DNA of 64,000 nucleotides from Dehalococcoidia bacterium (GTDB taxonomy: Bacteria; Chloroflexota; Dehalococcoidia; UBA2979): NCBI GenBank assembly GCA_965219085.1, contig OZ244720.1:2400001-2464000 (forward strand). Direction: 5' to 3'. The translations under genes and the position numbers were made by a program. This document shows positions 39,771-49,512 of this stretch, in pieces. The notes below the pieces were generated by a model that saw nothing but the letters and a program-made list of their open reading frames with translations, searched no databases and was not told where the DNA came from. How positions within the stretch are numbered: position 1 is the stretch's first letter; each line of letters opens with the position of its first letter.

Positions 39771-40991
39771 CTAGGCCCCGTTCGCCAGCCACGGCTCCCA
39801 CTCCGCCGGCGCCTCGCTCACCGGGATCGGCGACAGCGCGCGCATGCGCTCGACGATGCCGGGCAGCACCTCGAGCAGGCGGTCCACGTCGGCGTCGGTG
39901 TTGTCGCGGCCGAGCGTGAAGCGCAGCGATCCGCGCGCCAGGTCGTCCGGCACGCCCATCGCCACCAGCACGTGGCTCGGCTCGACGGCTCCCGTCGTGC
40001 ATGCCGACCCCGAGGACGCTGCGACGCCCGCGAGGTCGAGCGCGAGCAGGATCGACTCGCCCTCGACGTAGCCGACGACGGCCGAGACGTTGCCGGGGAG
40101 CCGCTGGTCGAGGTCCGCGGGGCCGGTGATGCCGAGCATCGGTACGCGCTTCGGCAGCTCCTCGATGAGCCGCTGCTGGAGGGCGCGCTCGTGCGAGAGG
40201 TCGGCCTCGCGGCGTTCCTGCGCGACCTGCACCGCGCACGCGAGCCCGACGATGGCCGGCGTGTTCTCGGTGCCGGCGCGCAGGTTGGACTCCTGCCCGC
40301 CGCCGAGGATCAGCGGGGCGAGCGGCGTGCCGGAGCGCTGGTAGAGCACCCCCGCGCCCCTCGGCCCGTAGAACTTGTGCGCCGTCAGCGTCAGCAGGTC
40401 CACGCCCAGGCGGTCGACATTGACGCTCATGTGCGCTGCCGACTGCACGGCGTCGGTGTGGACCACGGTGCGCGGGTTGCGCTCGTGCACCGCGCGGCTG
40501 ATGGCCGCGATGTCGTTGAGCGCGCCGACCTCGTTGTTGGCGTGCATGATCGAGACGAGCACCGTGTCGTCGCGCACGGCGTCGGCGACGGCCGCCGGGT
40601 CGACGCGCCCGTCGGGCCCGACGTCGACGAGCGTGACGTTGGCGCCCTCGCGCTCAAGCTGCTCGGCGGTGTCGAGGACGGCGTGGTGCTCGGCGCCGTT
40701 CGTGATCATGTGCTGGCCGCGAGCGCGGCTGGCGGCGAGCACGCCGCGCAGCGCGAGGTTGTCGGACTCCGAGCCGCCCGAGGTGAAGATGATCTCCTCG
40801 GGCTGCGCGCCGATCCACGCCGCGACGGTGGCGCGCGCCTCGTCGATGGCCTGGGCGGCGCGCTGCGCCTCCACGTAGATCGACGAGGGGTTGTGCCACA
40901 CCTCGCCGAGGTAGGGCAGCATCGCCTCGACGACCTCCGGTGCGGGAGGCGTCGTGGCGGCGTGGTCGAGGTAGACACGCGGTTCGGTCAT
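39771..40991 (-). CDS. iscS: Cysteine desulfurase (IscS/NifS group)
   Basis: YLDHAATT, TSGGSESDN, HTDAVQ, AHKFYGPRG, SSGSAC. Confidence 0.95.
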   Translation of the reverse strand: MTEPRVYLDHAATTPPAPEVVEAMLPYLGEVWHNPSSIYVEAQRAAQAIDEARATVAAWIGAQPEEIIFTSGGSESDNLALRGVLAASRARGQHMITNGAEHHAVLDTAEQLEREGANVTLVDVGPDGRVDPAAVADAVRDDTVLVSIMHANNEVGALNDIAAISRAVHERNPRTVVHTDAVQSAAHMSVNVDRLGVDLLTLTAHKFYGPRGAGVLYQRSGTPLAPLILGGGQESNLRAGTENTPAIVGLACAVQVAQERREADLSHERALQQRLIEELPKRVPMLGITGPADLDQRLPGNVSAVVGYVEGESILLALDLAGVAASSGSACTTGAVEPSHVLVAMGVPDDLARGSLRFTLGRDNTDADVDRLLEVLPGIVERMRALSPIPVSEAPAEWEPWLANGA

Positions 40992-41089
40992 CGCTCCCAG
41001 CATACCGCGTGCGCGCGCGGCCCTGTGCGCGAGGCGCATGGCGAGCTCCAAGTAAGTGGGAACCCTCCCCGCGTCTGTAGGATGGCCCC

Positions 41090-42382
41090 ATGCGGAGCCG
41101 CCTCGCCTTACTACTCGCCGTGGTGACCGCGTTGCTGGCGTTGTCGTGCGAGCACGGCGGGCACGAAGGTCCTGCCGCAACGTCGACGCCGACGACATCG
41201 GCGCGTGCCCCGACCACCGTTTCCATCGCGGGCCCTGTGCTCGTCTTCTCCAGCCCGCCCGGGAACCTCGACATCACCCCGTTCACTGAACAGGCGCGGT
41301 GGCATTGGGTGCGCGCTCTCGATACGGCCACCGGGGCGCGGTGGACCATCCTGGAACACCCGGTCAGGGCGAGAGTGGCCGACACGAGTCTCGTCGCCTA
41401 CGACGGCAAACGGGTTCGCAGGGTGTCCATCGATGGGTCGACGGAGGCGATCCTCTGGGAGAAACCGACCCAGGATCTGTCGGTCTCAGCAGACGGGACG
41501 AAGGTAGCGATTATGCTCGGCCACAGGCGGCAGGGCGTGGTCGTGCTCGATGCGGTGACGGGCGACGAGATCCGGTCGTTCACACGCGATGATCTCCGGC
41601 TCGATCGGCTCCATGCGCCGCTTGCGATCCTGGGCGAGTGGAGTACCGGCAACGACGCCTTCTCAATAGACCTCGATTGGCAGAGGCTCAACCGCAGTAT
41701 TCGAGAACTCTGGCACATTAGCTCGCCAATCCCGCCCTCGCGGAACACCATCCTCACGCTCGACGGCGATATCCGCGAGCCCGAATCGTGGCTCCTGTCG
41801 CCAGACTTCCGCCACGCGCTCGAACCCAGATTCGGAATGGGCTCTGACCCTGCTACCGCCTTCTGGTACCGCTTCGAGGTGATCCATGCGGAGACGGGCG
41901 AGATCGTCGCGACGGTAAGGCCGGAAGGTGATGCGGACATCACCCCCTATGACTGGCTGACCTGGGATGCGGGGCTGCGAGAGCGTCAGCACGTCGTGTG
42001 GCCCTCGAATGCTAACAGTTATGTGTACTTCGAATATCACCCGCCTTACGATGTACGGCGATCCAAGTCGCGCGCGCTCGATGACTGGTTGGCATGGGTT
42101 GAGGGGCGAGAACCACCGGACCTGAGAGCTCGGGTCTTGGACCTTGAAACAGGCGAGAGCAGGCCGCTCTCCTACGCTGAGTGGATTGGCGACCTCGACC
42201 AGCGCGTGGAGGAGGTGTGCCGTTTTGGCGAGCTGCCTCGATCGACGTGCGTGCTCCTGCTCAAGGGGGGCACTGTTTCCGAGAGCGCCACGAACTTTGT
42301 CGCGCTTGTCGAGCTCGACGAGCCGCTGACACTGTCCGCCGCGCTGTTTCGCGAGCCGTGCAGGTTCCCGGGAGACTGCTAG
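41090..42382 (+). CDS. Hypothetical lipoprotein, possible beta-propeller
   Basis: Signal peptide with lipobox LALSC, Thr/Pro linker, SADGTKVA and SPDFRH repeats; atypical codon usage. Confidence 0.7.
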   Translation: MRSRLALLLAVVTALLALSCEHGGHEGPAATSTPTTSARAPTTVSIAGPVLVFSSPPGNLDITPFTEQARWHWVRALDTATGARWTILEHPVRARVADTSLVAYDGKRVRRVSIDGSTEAILWEKPTQDLSVSADGTKVAIMLGHRRQGVVVLDAVTGDEIRSFTRDDLRLDRLHAPLAILGEWSTGNDAFSIDLDWQRLNRSIRELWHISSPIPPSRNTILTLDGDIREPESWLLSPDFRHALEPRFGMGSDPATAFWYRFEVIHAETGEIVATVRPEGDADITPYDWLTWDAGLRERQHVVWPSNANSYVYFEYHPPYDVRRSKSRALDDWLAWVEGREPPDLRARVLDLETGESRPLSYAEWIGDLDQRVEEVCRFGELPRSTCVLLLKGGTVSESATNFVALVELDEPLTLSAALFREPCRFPGDC

Positions 42383-43558
42383 GGATGGTCTGAACAACTC
42401 GCCTGAGCGGGTGAGCAGATGCGATCATGGGGCGACCCGGAGAGGGGCGCCCCATGCAGCAGCGTTCGTTCGGCAGCGTCGAGTACGAGCACAAGAAGGT
42501 CAAGACGAGGCGGCAGGCGTTCCTCGAGCGCATGGACAGGCTCGTCCCCTGGGCTGAGCTCGAGCAGCGCATCGCGCCCGTCTACCCGAAGCGCGGCCGC
42601 GGACGCCGCCCCTACGCGCTGCGCGTGATGCTGCGCATCCACTGCCTGCAGCTCTGGTTCAACCTCAGCGACCCCGGCATGGAGCAGGAACTCTATGACT
42701 CCCGTTCGATGCTCGAGTTCGCCGGTCTCAGCCTCTCCGAGCCGATTCCCGATGAGACGACGATCCTCAACTTCCGCCATCTGCTGGAGCGTCATCAGCT
42801 GGGAACGGCGCTGTTCGCGACGATCAACGCGCACCTGGCACGGCAGGGTCTGCAGGTGCGCGAGGGCACGATCGTGGACTCCACGATCATCAGCGCGCCG
42901 TCATCGACGAAGAACCGCGAGCGTGCGCGCGACCCCGAGATGCATCAGACCAGCAAGGGCCGGCAGTGGTACTTCGGGATGAAGCTGCACACCGGCACGG
43001 ACGCGCGGACGGGGCTGGTCCACAGCGTGAGCACGACGGCGGCGAACGTCTCCGACGTGACCGAGGCGCATCGCCTCTTGCACGGGGGTGAGACGGAGGC
43101 GTGGGGCGACGCCGGCTACCAGGGAGTGGAGAAGCGCCCGGAGCACGCGGGGTCGGAGGTGAGCTGGCAGGTGGCGCTGCGCCCGGGTCTCAGGCGGCAG
43201 CTGGCGCCGGGGGGCGAGGAGGCGCAGGCGGAGCGGCGCAAGGCCTCGGTGCGCGCCAAGGCTGAGCATCCGTTTCTCTACGTGAAGCGGCACTTCGGGT
43301 ACGCGACGGTCCGCTACCGGGGTCTTGAGAAGAACCGCCAGCGTCTCATGCTGCTGCTCGGTTTCACGAACCTGTTGCGAGCCGAGCCTCAGCTCGCCTG
43401 ATCGCGGGAGCCGTGCGTCCCGAATCGCCCGCCGGAGCGCTTCCGGAGCGACATGGAGGCGAGACCACCCATGGACCGCGGTATCGGGCCCCCACAGCGC
43501 GGCTCGGCACGCTGATCGATACGCACCGCGCCCGACACGCCACCTGATCAGACCATCC
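42383..43558 (+). mobile_element. IS5-family insertion sequence, 1176 bp
   Basis: Terminal IRs GGATGGTCTGA/TCAGACCATCC; CTAG target duplication at 42379-42382 and 43559-43562. Confidence 0.96.
42454..43401 (+). CDS. IS5-family transposase
   Basis: PDETTILNFRHLLE, IVDSTII, QWYFGMKLH, GDAGYQG, RAKAEHPF, RYRGLEKN. Confidence 0.96.
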   Translation: MQQRSFGSVEYEHKKVKTRRQAFLERMDRLVPWAELEQRIAPVYPKRGRGRRPYALRVMLRIHCLQLWFNLSDPGMEQELYDSRSMLEFAGLSLSEPIPDETTILNFRHLLERHQLGTALFATINAHLARQGLQVREGTIVDSTIISAPSSTKNRERARDPEMHQTSKGRQWYFGMKLHTGTDARTGLVHSVSTTAANVSDVTEAHRLLHGGETEAWGDAGYQGVEKRPEHAGSEVSWQVALRPGLRRQLAPGGEEAQAERRKASVRAKAEHPFLYVKRHFGYATVRYRGLEKNRQRLMLLLGFTNLLRAEPQLA

Positions 43559-43622
43559 CTAGCCGCGCCGAGGTGTCAGCGTGCATGGCCGGGACGTTGC
43601 CGCGTGCGTTAACGTGGGAGTG

Positions 43623-44306
43623 ATGACGCTGCAGCGCCGGACCGGCAATACGCGCGAGGCGATCCTCGAGATCCTGCGGCATTACGACGCGCGCTCCGTC
43701 GAGGAGCTTGCGGGCGAGCTGGAGCTCGCGGGCGCGACCGTGCGCCGCCATCTCGACGTGCTCATCCGCGATGGCTACGTCTCCGTGTCGCAGGTGCGGG
43801 GCCGCACCGGGCGGCCGCGCTACGCGTTCTCGCTCACCGAGGCCGGCGCGGACTTCTTCGGCCATCACTACGTGCGCATCACGCGGCGGTTGCTGCACGA
43901 GATCGCCTCGATGACCGCCGATGACACGGCCGGCCTCGACGGCGCCGGGCTCGCCGACCTCGTCTTCGACCGCATCAGCGACCGCCTCGCGGGCGAGTAC
44001 GCACCGCTCGTCGACGGCGCCACCGCGGCCGAGCGCGCGCGCGACACCGCGCGTCTGCTCGAGGAGGAGGGGTTCGACCTCGAGGTGGTCGAAGAGGACG
44101 GTGACGTGCGCGTGTTCTGTCGCGACTGTCCGTGCAAGCGGCTGCGGCTGACCGCGAACAGCCTCCCGTTCGATCGCGCGCACGCGGATGGCTGCGACCA
44201 TGATCGACGCCTCCTCGAGACGTTGATCGGCGCCAGCATGGAGCCGTACGAGGGCGGCGAAGTGCCGGCCGAGTTTGCGTGCGCGTACGTGGTGCAGGGC
44301 GCGTGA
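43623..44306 (+). CDS. SufR-like winged-helix regulator with C-terminal Cys ligands
   Basis: TVRRHLDVL, GRPRYAFSLT, CRDCPC...C...C; upstream of iscA. Confidence 0.8.
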   Translation: MTLQRRTGNTREAILEILRHYDARSVEELAGELELAGATVRRHLDVLIRDGYVSVSQVRGRTGRPRYAFSLTEAGADFFGHHYVRITRRLLHEIASMTADDTAGLDGAGLADLVFDRISDRLAGEYAPLVDGATAAERARDTARLLEEEGFDLEVVEEDGDVRVFCRDCPCKRLRLTANSLPFDRAHADGCDHDRRLLETLIGASMEPYEGGEVPAEFACAYVVQGA

Positions 44307-44406
44307 GCGCCGCCCGGCGTTAGACGCGCCGGGCGCGACCCACTATCATGAGAGCCGGAGCGGCGCTGCCTCGCCTCAAATGCGCGCGCCGTCTGAGGGG
44401 ATTGCG

Positions 44407-44802
44407 ATGACCACCACATTTGAGCCGCTCACCGGGCTCGTTACCATCACCGACCGCGCAGCCGAGAAGGCTCGCGAGCTACTCGTCGAGAAGGAGCTGC
44501 CCGAGGGCGCGCTGCGCGTCTTCGTCGTCGGCGGCGGCTGCTCGGGCTACCAGTACGGCATGGCGCTCGCGCGCAAGCCCGAGGTCGACGACACGCAGAT
44601 CGAGGCCGCCTCAGGCGTGCGCATCCTCGTGGACCCGGAGTCGGTCCCGCTGCTGCGCGGCGCCGAGGTCGACTACGTCGACGAACTGATGAAGTCGGGC
44701 TTCACGATCTACAACCCGAACGCGGCCGCCTCGTGCGCGTGCGGCTCCTCGTTCCAGGCGTCCCACGAGCAGCCGCAGGGCACGCCGAGGGCTTGCACCT
44801 AG
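44407..44802 (+). CDS. iscA: A-type Fe-S carrier (IscA/ErpA/HesB)
   Basis: GGGCSGYQY, NPNAAASCACGSSF. Confidence 0.92.
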   Translation: MTTTFEPLTGLVTITDRAAEKARELLVEKELPEGALRVFVVGGGCSGYQYGMALARKPEVDDTQIEAASGVRILVDPESVPLLRGAEVDYVDELMKSGFTIYNPNAAASCACGSSFQASHEQPQGTPRACT

Positions 44803-44903
44803 GCGGCGCGAGTCTGGCACACACCGCCGGGGCCCCGCTTGCGGGGCCTCTTGGCTTCCCGCACCATCGATAGCAGCCTCGGCGCCCGCGGAAGGAGCAC
44901 GCG

Positions 44904-45356
44904 ATGCAGGCATGGATCGTCGTCGGCTCGGCCGACAACTTCGAGTTGCTGCGCGAGCGCGGCTTCGACGTCGCTGCCTTCAAGGCGTCGCGCACGAAGC
45001 AGGCCTCCGAGATGCAGCCCGGCGACCGCATCGTCTTCTACCTGACGAAGGTGGTGGAGTTCGGCGGCGTGGTCGAGGTCACCTCCGAGGCGTTCGAGGA
45101 CGACTCGGACATCGGCCTGCGCTCCGACTCGAAGGAGAACGAGGCCTTCCCGAACCGCATCCACACCCGCCCGCACGTGATCGCCGAAGAGGGCGACTAC
45201 GTCGATGTGCGCGAGATCACGGACCTGCTCGACAAGACGCGCCGGTTCGGGCCGAAGAAGCTCGGCATGGCGTTCCGCGGCAACCTCCACAAGATCTCGC
45301 AGGACGACTACGAGACCATCGAGGGGCTGCTGAGCGAGCGGGCGCCCGTCGCCTGA
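44904..45356 (+). CDS. EVE-domain (PUA-like) protein
   Basis: WIVVGSADNF, MQPGDRIVFY, ISQDDY. Confidence 0.8.
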   Translation: MQAWIVVGSADNFELLRERGFDVAAFKASRTKQASEMQPGDRIVFYLTKVVEFGGVVEVTSEAFEDDSDIGLRSDSKENEAFPNRIHTRPHVIAEEGDYVDVREITDLLDKTRRFGPKKLGMAFRGNLHKISQDDYETIEGLLSERAPVA

Positions 45357-45408
45357 CGGCCATGCTGACGCGGCCGCGGATCTCGCCTCGCGTTCCACCG
45401 GAGCAGCC

Positions 45409-47319
45409 ATGACACGGCCGCGCCACCCCTTCCTCGACGCGCTCGACCGCGGCGTCATCCTCGCCGACGGCGCGACGGGCACCGAGCTGCTCGCGCGCGG
45501 CTGGACCGGTCAGCCCGCCGCGGCAGTGCTGGAGGCGCGCGACCTCGTACGCCAACTCCACGAGGACTACATCAAGGCGGGCGTGGACCTCATCCTCACC
45601 AACAGCTTCGCCGCCAACCCGGTCCACCTCGAAGCGGTCGGCCTCGCCGACCGCACGCGCGACGTCAACTTCAACGCCGCGCGGGTCGCGCGCGACGCCC
45701 GCGAGATCCACGGCGTCGACGTGCTCGTCGGCGGCTCGGTCGGGCCGATCGGCCGCGACTTCGCCGTCGGCACGGTCACGCCGGAGCAGGCGCACGACGC
45801 CTTCGCGGAGCAGATCGGCGCGCTGATCGAGGGCGGCGTCGATGTCCTCGTGTTCGAGACGTTCCTGTCGCTGGCGGAGGCGCGGGTGGCGCTCTCCGCG
45901 GCGCGCGAGCTGACCGACATGCCGGTGGTCGCCGCGCTCAACTTCGTCTCCGCGCTCACCACCTCGGCCGGCGAACCGTTCGCCGAGGTGCTCGCGACGC
46001 TCGCCGATGAGGGCGCCGACGTCGTCGGCGTGAACTGCGGGGTGGGGCCTCGAGCCGCGCTCGACATCCTCGAGCAGGTCGCGGCCGCCGACCCGGCGGC
46101 GCGGCTCTTCGTGACGCCTAACGCGGGGCTGCCGCGGATCTCGGGTGGTCGGCCCTTCTACCCCTCGTCGCCCGAGTACTTCGCGGACTTCGCGCTGCGG
46201 GCAAAGGACCTGAGCGCCGCGATCGTGGGCGGTTGCTGCGGGACGGGGCCTGAGCACATCCGCGCCATGCGGGCCGCGCTCGACTCCGCCGAACAGGCCC
46301 CCGCCGCCGCGGGCGCGTCGGCCGGCGCATACGAGTTGGCAGTCAGCGACACGCGCGGCGGCGTGGATGGCACCGCGCCGCCGCCGGCCGACGAGCCGCC
46401 CGAGCCGGGCGCCCCCTCGCGGCTGCGCGACAAGCTTGCTGCCGGCCAGTACGTCGTTTCGGTGGAGATCGACCCGCCGCGTGGGCATAACCCGCGCAAA
46501 GCCGTCGAGGGCGCGCGGACGCTTCGTGACGCGGGCGCCGACGCCATCAACATCGGCGATTCGCCGATGGCGCGCGTGCGCATGAGCGCCCTCGCGCTCG
46601 CGCTCCGCATCGAGCGCGACGTGGGCATCGAGACGATCATTCACCAGACCACGCGCGACCGGAACCTGATGGCGCTGCAGGCCGACCTGCTCGGCGCGCA
46701 CTCGCTCGGAGTGCGCAACATCATCGCGCTCACCGGCGACCCGCTGCCGGAGGCGTCGCAGTCCTCGGCCGTGTGGGACGTCGACTCGATCGGGTTCGTG
46801 CGCATCCTCAAGCGACTCAACGAGGGCGTCGACTTCGCCGGCAACTCGCTCGGGCGGCCCACGGACTTCTTCGTCGCCTGCGCGGCCAACCCCACAGCCG
46901 ACGACATCGACATCGAGCTGCGACGCGTGCGCGCCAAGCTCGACGAGGGCGGCGACATGCTGATGACGCAGCCCGTCTATGACCTCGCGACGCTCACCGG
47001 GTTCTTCGAGCGCCTCGGGCCGGTCGACGTGCCGGTGCTGCTCGGCATCCTGCCGCTGATGTCCTCGCGCCACACGGAGTTCATCCACAACGAACTCGCC
47101 GGCGTGGTCATCCCGGACGACGTGCGCGAGCGCATGCGGGCGGCGGGCGACGCCGGCGCCGCGGCCGGCCTCGAGATTGCGTACGAGCAGATCGAGGAGA
47201 CGCGCGACTTCGAGTGGGTGTCCGGCATCTACGTCATGCCCTCGTTCGGCCGCTACGAGGTGGCGGCGGAGCTGATCGAGCGCGTGCGCGCGGCGGCGCC
47301 GCCGGTGCGGGCGGTGTAG
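45409..47319 (+). CDS. yitJ: Bifunctional homocysteine S-methyltransferase / 5,10-methylene-THF reductase
   Basis: DGATGTEL, GVNCG, GGCCGT; C-terminal SVEIDPP, RDRNLMALQ, TQPVYD. Confidence 0.9.
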   Translation: MTRPRHPFLDALDRGVILADGATGTELLARGWTGQPAAAVLEARDLVRQLHEDYIKAGVDLILTNSFAANPVHLEAVGLADRTRDVNFNAARVARDAREIHGVDVLVGGSVGPIGRDFAVGTVTPEQAHDAFAEQIGALIEGGVDVLVFETFLSLAEARVALSAARELTDMPVVAALNFVSALTTSAGEPFAEVLATLADEGADVVGVNCGVGPRAALDILEQVAAADPAARLFVTPNAGLPRISGGRPFYPSSPEYFADFALRAKDLSAAIVGGCCGTGPEHIRAMRAALDSAEQAPAAAGASAGAYELAVSDTRGGVDGTAPPPADEPPEPGAPSRLRDKLAAGQYVVSVEIDPPRGHNPRKAVEGARTLRDAGADAINIGDSPMARVRMSALALALRIERDVGIETIIHQTTRDRNLMALQADLLGAHSLGVRNIIALTGDPLPEASQSSAVWDVDSIGFVRILKRLNEGVDFAGNSLGRPTDFFVACAANPTADDIDIELRRVRAKLDEGGDMLMTQPVYDLATLTGFFERLGPVDVPVLLGILPLMSSRHTEFIHNELAGVVIPDDVRERMRAAGDAGAAAGLEIAYEQIEETRDFEWVSGIYVMPSFGRYEVAAELIERVRAAAPPVRAV

Positions 47320-47329
47320 GGCCCGACGC

Positions 47330-47806
47330 GTGACGGCGATCCTGACGGTGGGCCACGGCAACCTGCCGCAGGACACGCTCATTCGCCACCTGCTCGACGC
47401 GGGCGTCGAACGCCTCGTCGACGTGCGGTCGACGCCGTACAGCCGCTGGCACCCGCACTTCAACCGGCGTCGCATCGCCGAGGCGGCAGCCGCGGCTGGC
47501 ATCGCCTACGAGTGGGAGCCGGCGCTGGGCGGGCGCCCCGACGACCCGGCGCTGCTGACCGCCGACGGCGCGCCCGACTACACGCTCATGGCGCAGCACC
47601 CGCCGTTCCTCGACGCCATCGACCGCCTCGTCGCCACGTCGGCGGAGGCGAGCACGGCGATCATGTGCTCCGAGGGCGACCCGGCGCGCTGCCACCGCAC
47701 GCTGCTCATCGCGCCGCTGCTGGTCGAGCGAGGCGTGCGGGTGCGGCGCCTGCTCAAGGACGGGTCGGTGATCGAGGATGCACCGGCGACCGGGCGTCTG
47801 CTGTAA
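47330..47806 (+). CDS. DUF488-family protein
   Basis: TVGHG, LVDVRSTPYSR, LGGRP, MCSEGDPARCHR. Confidence 0.88.
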   Translation: MTAILTVGHGNLPQDTLIRHLLDAGVERLVDVRSTPYSRWHPHFNRRRIAEAAAAAGIAYEWEPALGGRPDDPALLTADGAPDYTLMAQHPPFLDAIDRLVATSAEASTAIMCSEGDPARCHRTLLIAPLLVERGVRVRRLLKDGSVIEDAPATGRLL

Positions 47807-47886
47807 CCTCGCGCGTGCGACGGCTCCTTCACGCCGGGCGTCATGTTTGCCGCGCGGATCAGTGGAAGCAGACACTTGTGGCCACG

Positions 47887-48402
47887 ATGAGCGGCGGCGA
47901 AGCGCTGGTGCAGTCCCTCGTGCGCGAGGGCGTCGAGGTGGTCTTCGGGATACCCGGCATCCAGCTGTACGGGATCGTCGCCGCGCTGCGCGACGAGCCC
48001 GGGATCCGCATGATCTCGACCCGCCACGAGCAGGCGACCACGTACATGGCAGACGGCTACGCACGCACCTCGAGCAAGCCGGGGGTAGCGCTCGTGGTGC
48101 CGGGGGTAGGGCTCTACGACGCCGCCTCCGGCCTCGCCACGGCCTACGCGCGCTCCTCGCCCGTGCTGGTCATCGCAGGCCAGGTGCCGCGTCCACAGAT
48201 CGGTAAGAACATCGGCGCGGTCGGCATGCGCACGGGCGATCCGATGGAACTCGAGACGCTGATCCCGGAGGCGCTGGCGCTCGACTCGCCCGTGGTCATC
48301 GACGTGCCGTTTGGAGACCTGCCGATCCTGCGCGCCCCGCAGATCGCGGCGGTCTACAACCAGCCGTGGACGCAGCCGCAGGACGGCCTGATCGAGGGCT
48401 GA
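47887..48402 (+). pseudogene. Thiamine-diphosphate enzyme (acetolactate synthase-like) with a large in-frame internal deletion
   Basis: N-terminal PYR domain (VFGIPG, RHEQ..YMADGYAR, IAGQ) joined directly to the C-terminal tail (PVVIDV); no GDG...N motif; 171 aa. Confidence 0.85.
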
Positions 48403-48416
48403 TCGGCCCTTCAGGG

Positions 48417-49493
48417 TTAGGTTTGACTGGGCAAGCGATAGGTGTACGCGAGCGGCGTCAAGTCGTCGTCGTCTGGCTGCCACGCGTCACCGTAGACGAC
48501 GCAGTCACCGCCCGACGCAGCGGGAGTGCCGTCCTTCTCGCTGGACACCGTGATGTTGGATACGACGAAGAGTTCAGTCCGGTGATTGCGGTCACGGGCG
48601 TGCTCGACCTCGTTGTGCGTGAGTATGACCGTGGCGGCTTCTGTCGAGCGGCCCTTCACCTCCACGTGCAGCTCTTCGCCGCCGCGAGTGCATAGGAGGT
48701 CGAACGACTCGGTCGCCGATACGTCGTCGACGTTCCAACCTGCGTCTCTGTACCAGCTCATGGCCACATCCATGGCGTTCTCTTCCACGGCCCGTCGGCG
48801 CGCGGTATCTGTCCCTCGGCGGATAGCTTCTTCTACTTCCTTGACTTCCTGTGCTTCAATTTCCGAAGCCCGCGCAGAGTGCGGAGGGCCGTCACCGTTG
48901 TCTGATTTCGGCGACTCGGCCGGAAGCGCCGCAAGAAGTTCGATGATCTGCTCGATGCTCGGAGTCGCGTCGATATCGGCGTCGCTGTAGCCCGCCTTGA
49001 GCAGATCCAGTCTCACCGCTCCCAGCCGCGCCTTCGCGGAACTGGGAATATCACAGTCTTCAATCTCTTGGACGCCGTCGTGTCGCCAACAGCAGGAGTC
49101 GTCGCCCAAGCTGATGGTGGTGGCCCCACAATAAGAGCCTCCACCGTTGTGGCCTCCGAAGCAGCGAATCTGGTTTCCGGCCGGACCAGTGTGCTCGAAT
49201 CTATGAACACCCCGCTTGCGTCTCACATGCTCAAAGTCGTCCCGCACCAGCTTCAGTTCTTTGTGAGTGCAGCCGCGGGGAGGCACGCCGAGAGCCCAAC
49301 ACCGTAGGACGAGCTGGTCTAACGTGTAGCCGGGGTGAGCATTGCGCACGGACTCAGACCCGATCGGCGCAGCAGCAAGCGCGCATGCCTCGGACAGATC
49401 CCTGCGGCCGGGGGAGATCGCATGGCCGGGGAGCCCCGCTCTGCCAGGGATCGGAGTACCGATAGGACGGTCCAGATCGTGAGAGACTGTCAT
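48417..49493 (-). CDS. DUF3883-like (PD-(D/E)XK) nuclease-domain protein with an unknown N-terminal domain
   Basis: AVEENAM, WNVDDVS...FDLL...HVEVKG, LTHNE; AGGAG RBS; atypical composition. Confidence 0.75.
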   Translation of the reverse strand: MTVSHDLDRPIGTPIPGRAGLPGHAISPGRRDLSEACALAAAPIGSESVRNAHPGYTLDQLVLRCWALGVPPRGCTHKELKLVRDDFEHVRRKRGVHRFEHTGPAGNQIRCFGGHNGGGSYCGATTISLGDDSCCWRHDGVQEIEDCDIPSSAKARLGAVRLDLLKAGYSDADIDATPSIEQIIELLAALPAESPKSDNGDGPPHSARASEIEAQEVKEVEEAIRRGTDTARRRAVEENAMDVAMSWYRDAGWNVDDVSATESFDLLCTRGGEELHVEVKGRSTEAATVILTHNEVEHARDRNHRTELFVVSNITVSSEKDGTPAASGGDCVVYGDAWQPDDDDLTPLAYTYRLPSQT

Positions 49494-49512
49494 CCTTGGC
49501 TCCTAAAGTTCG

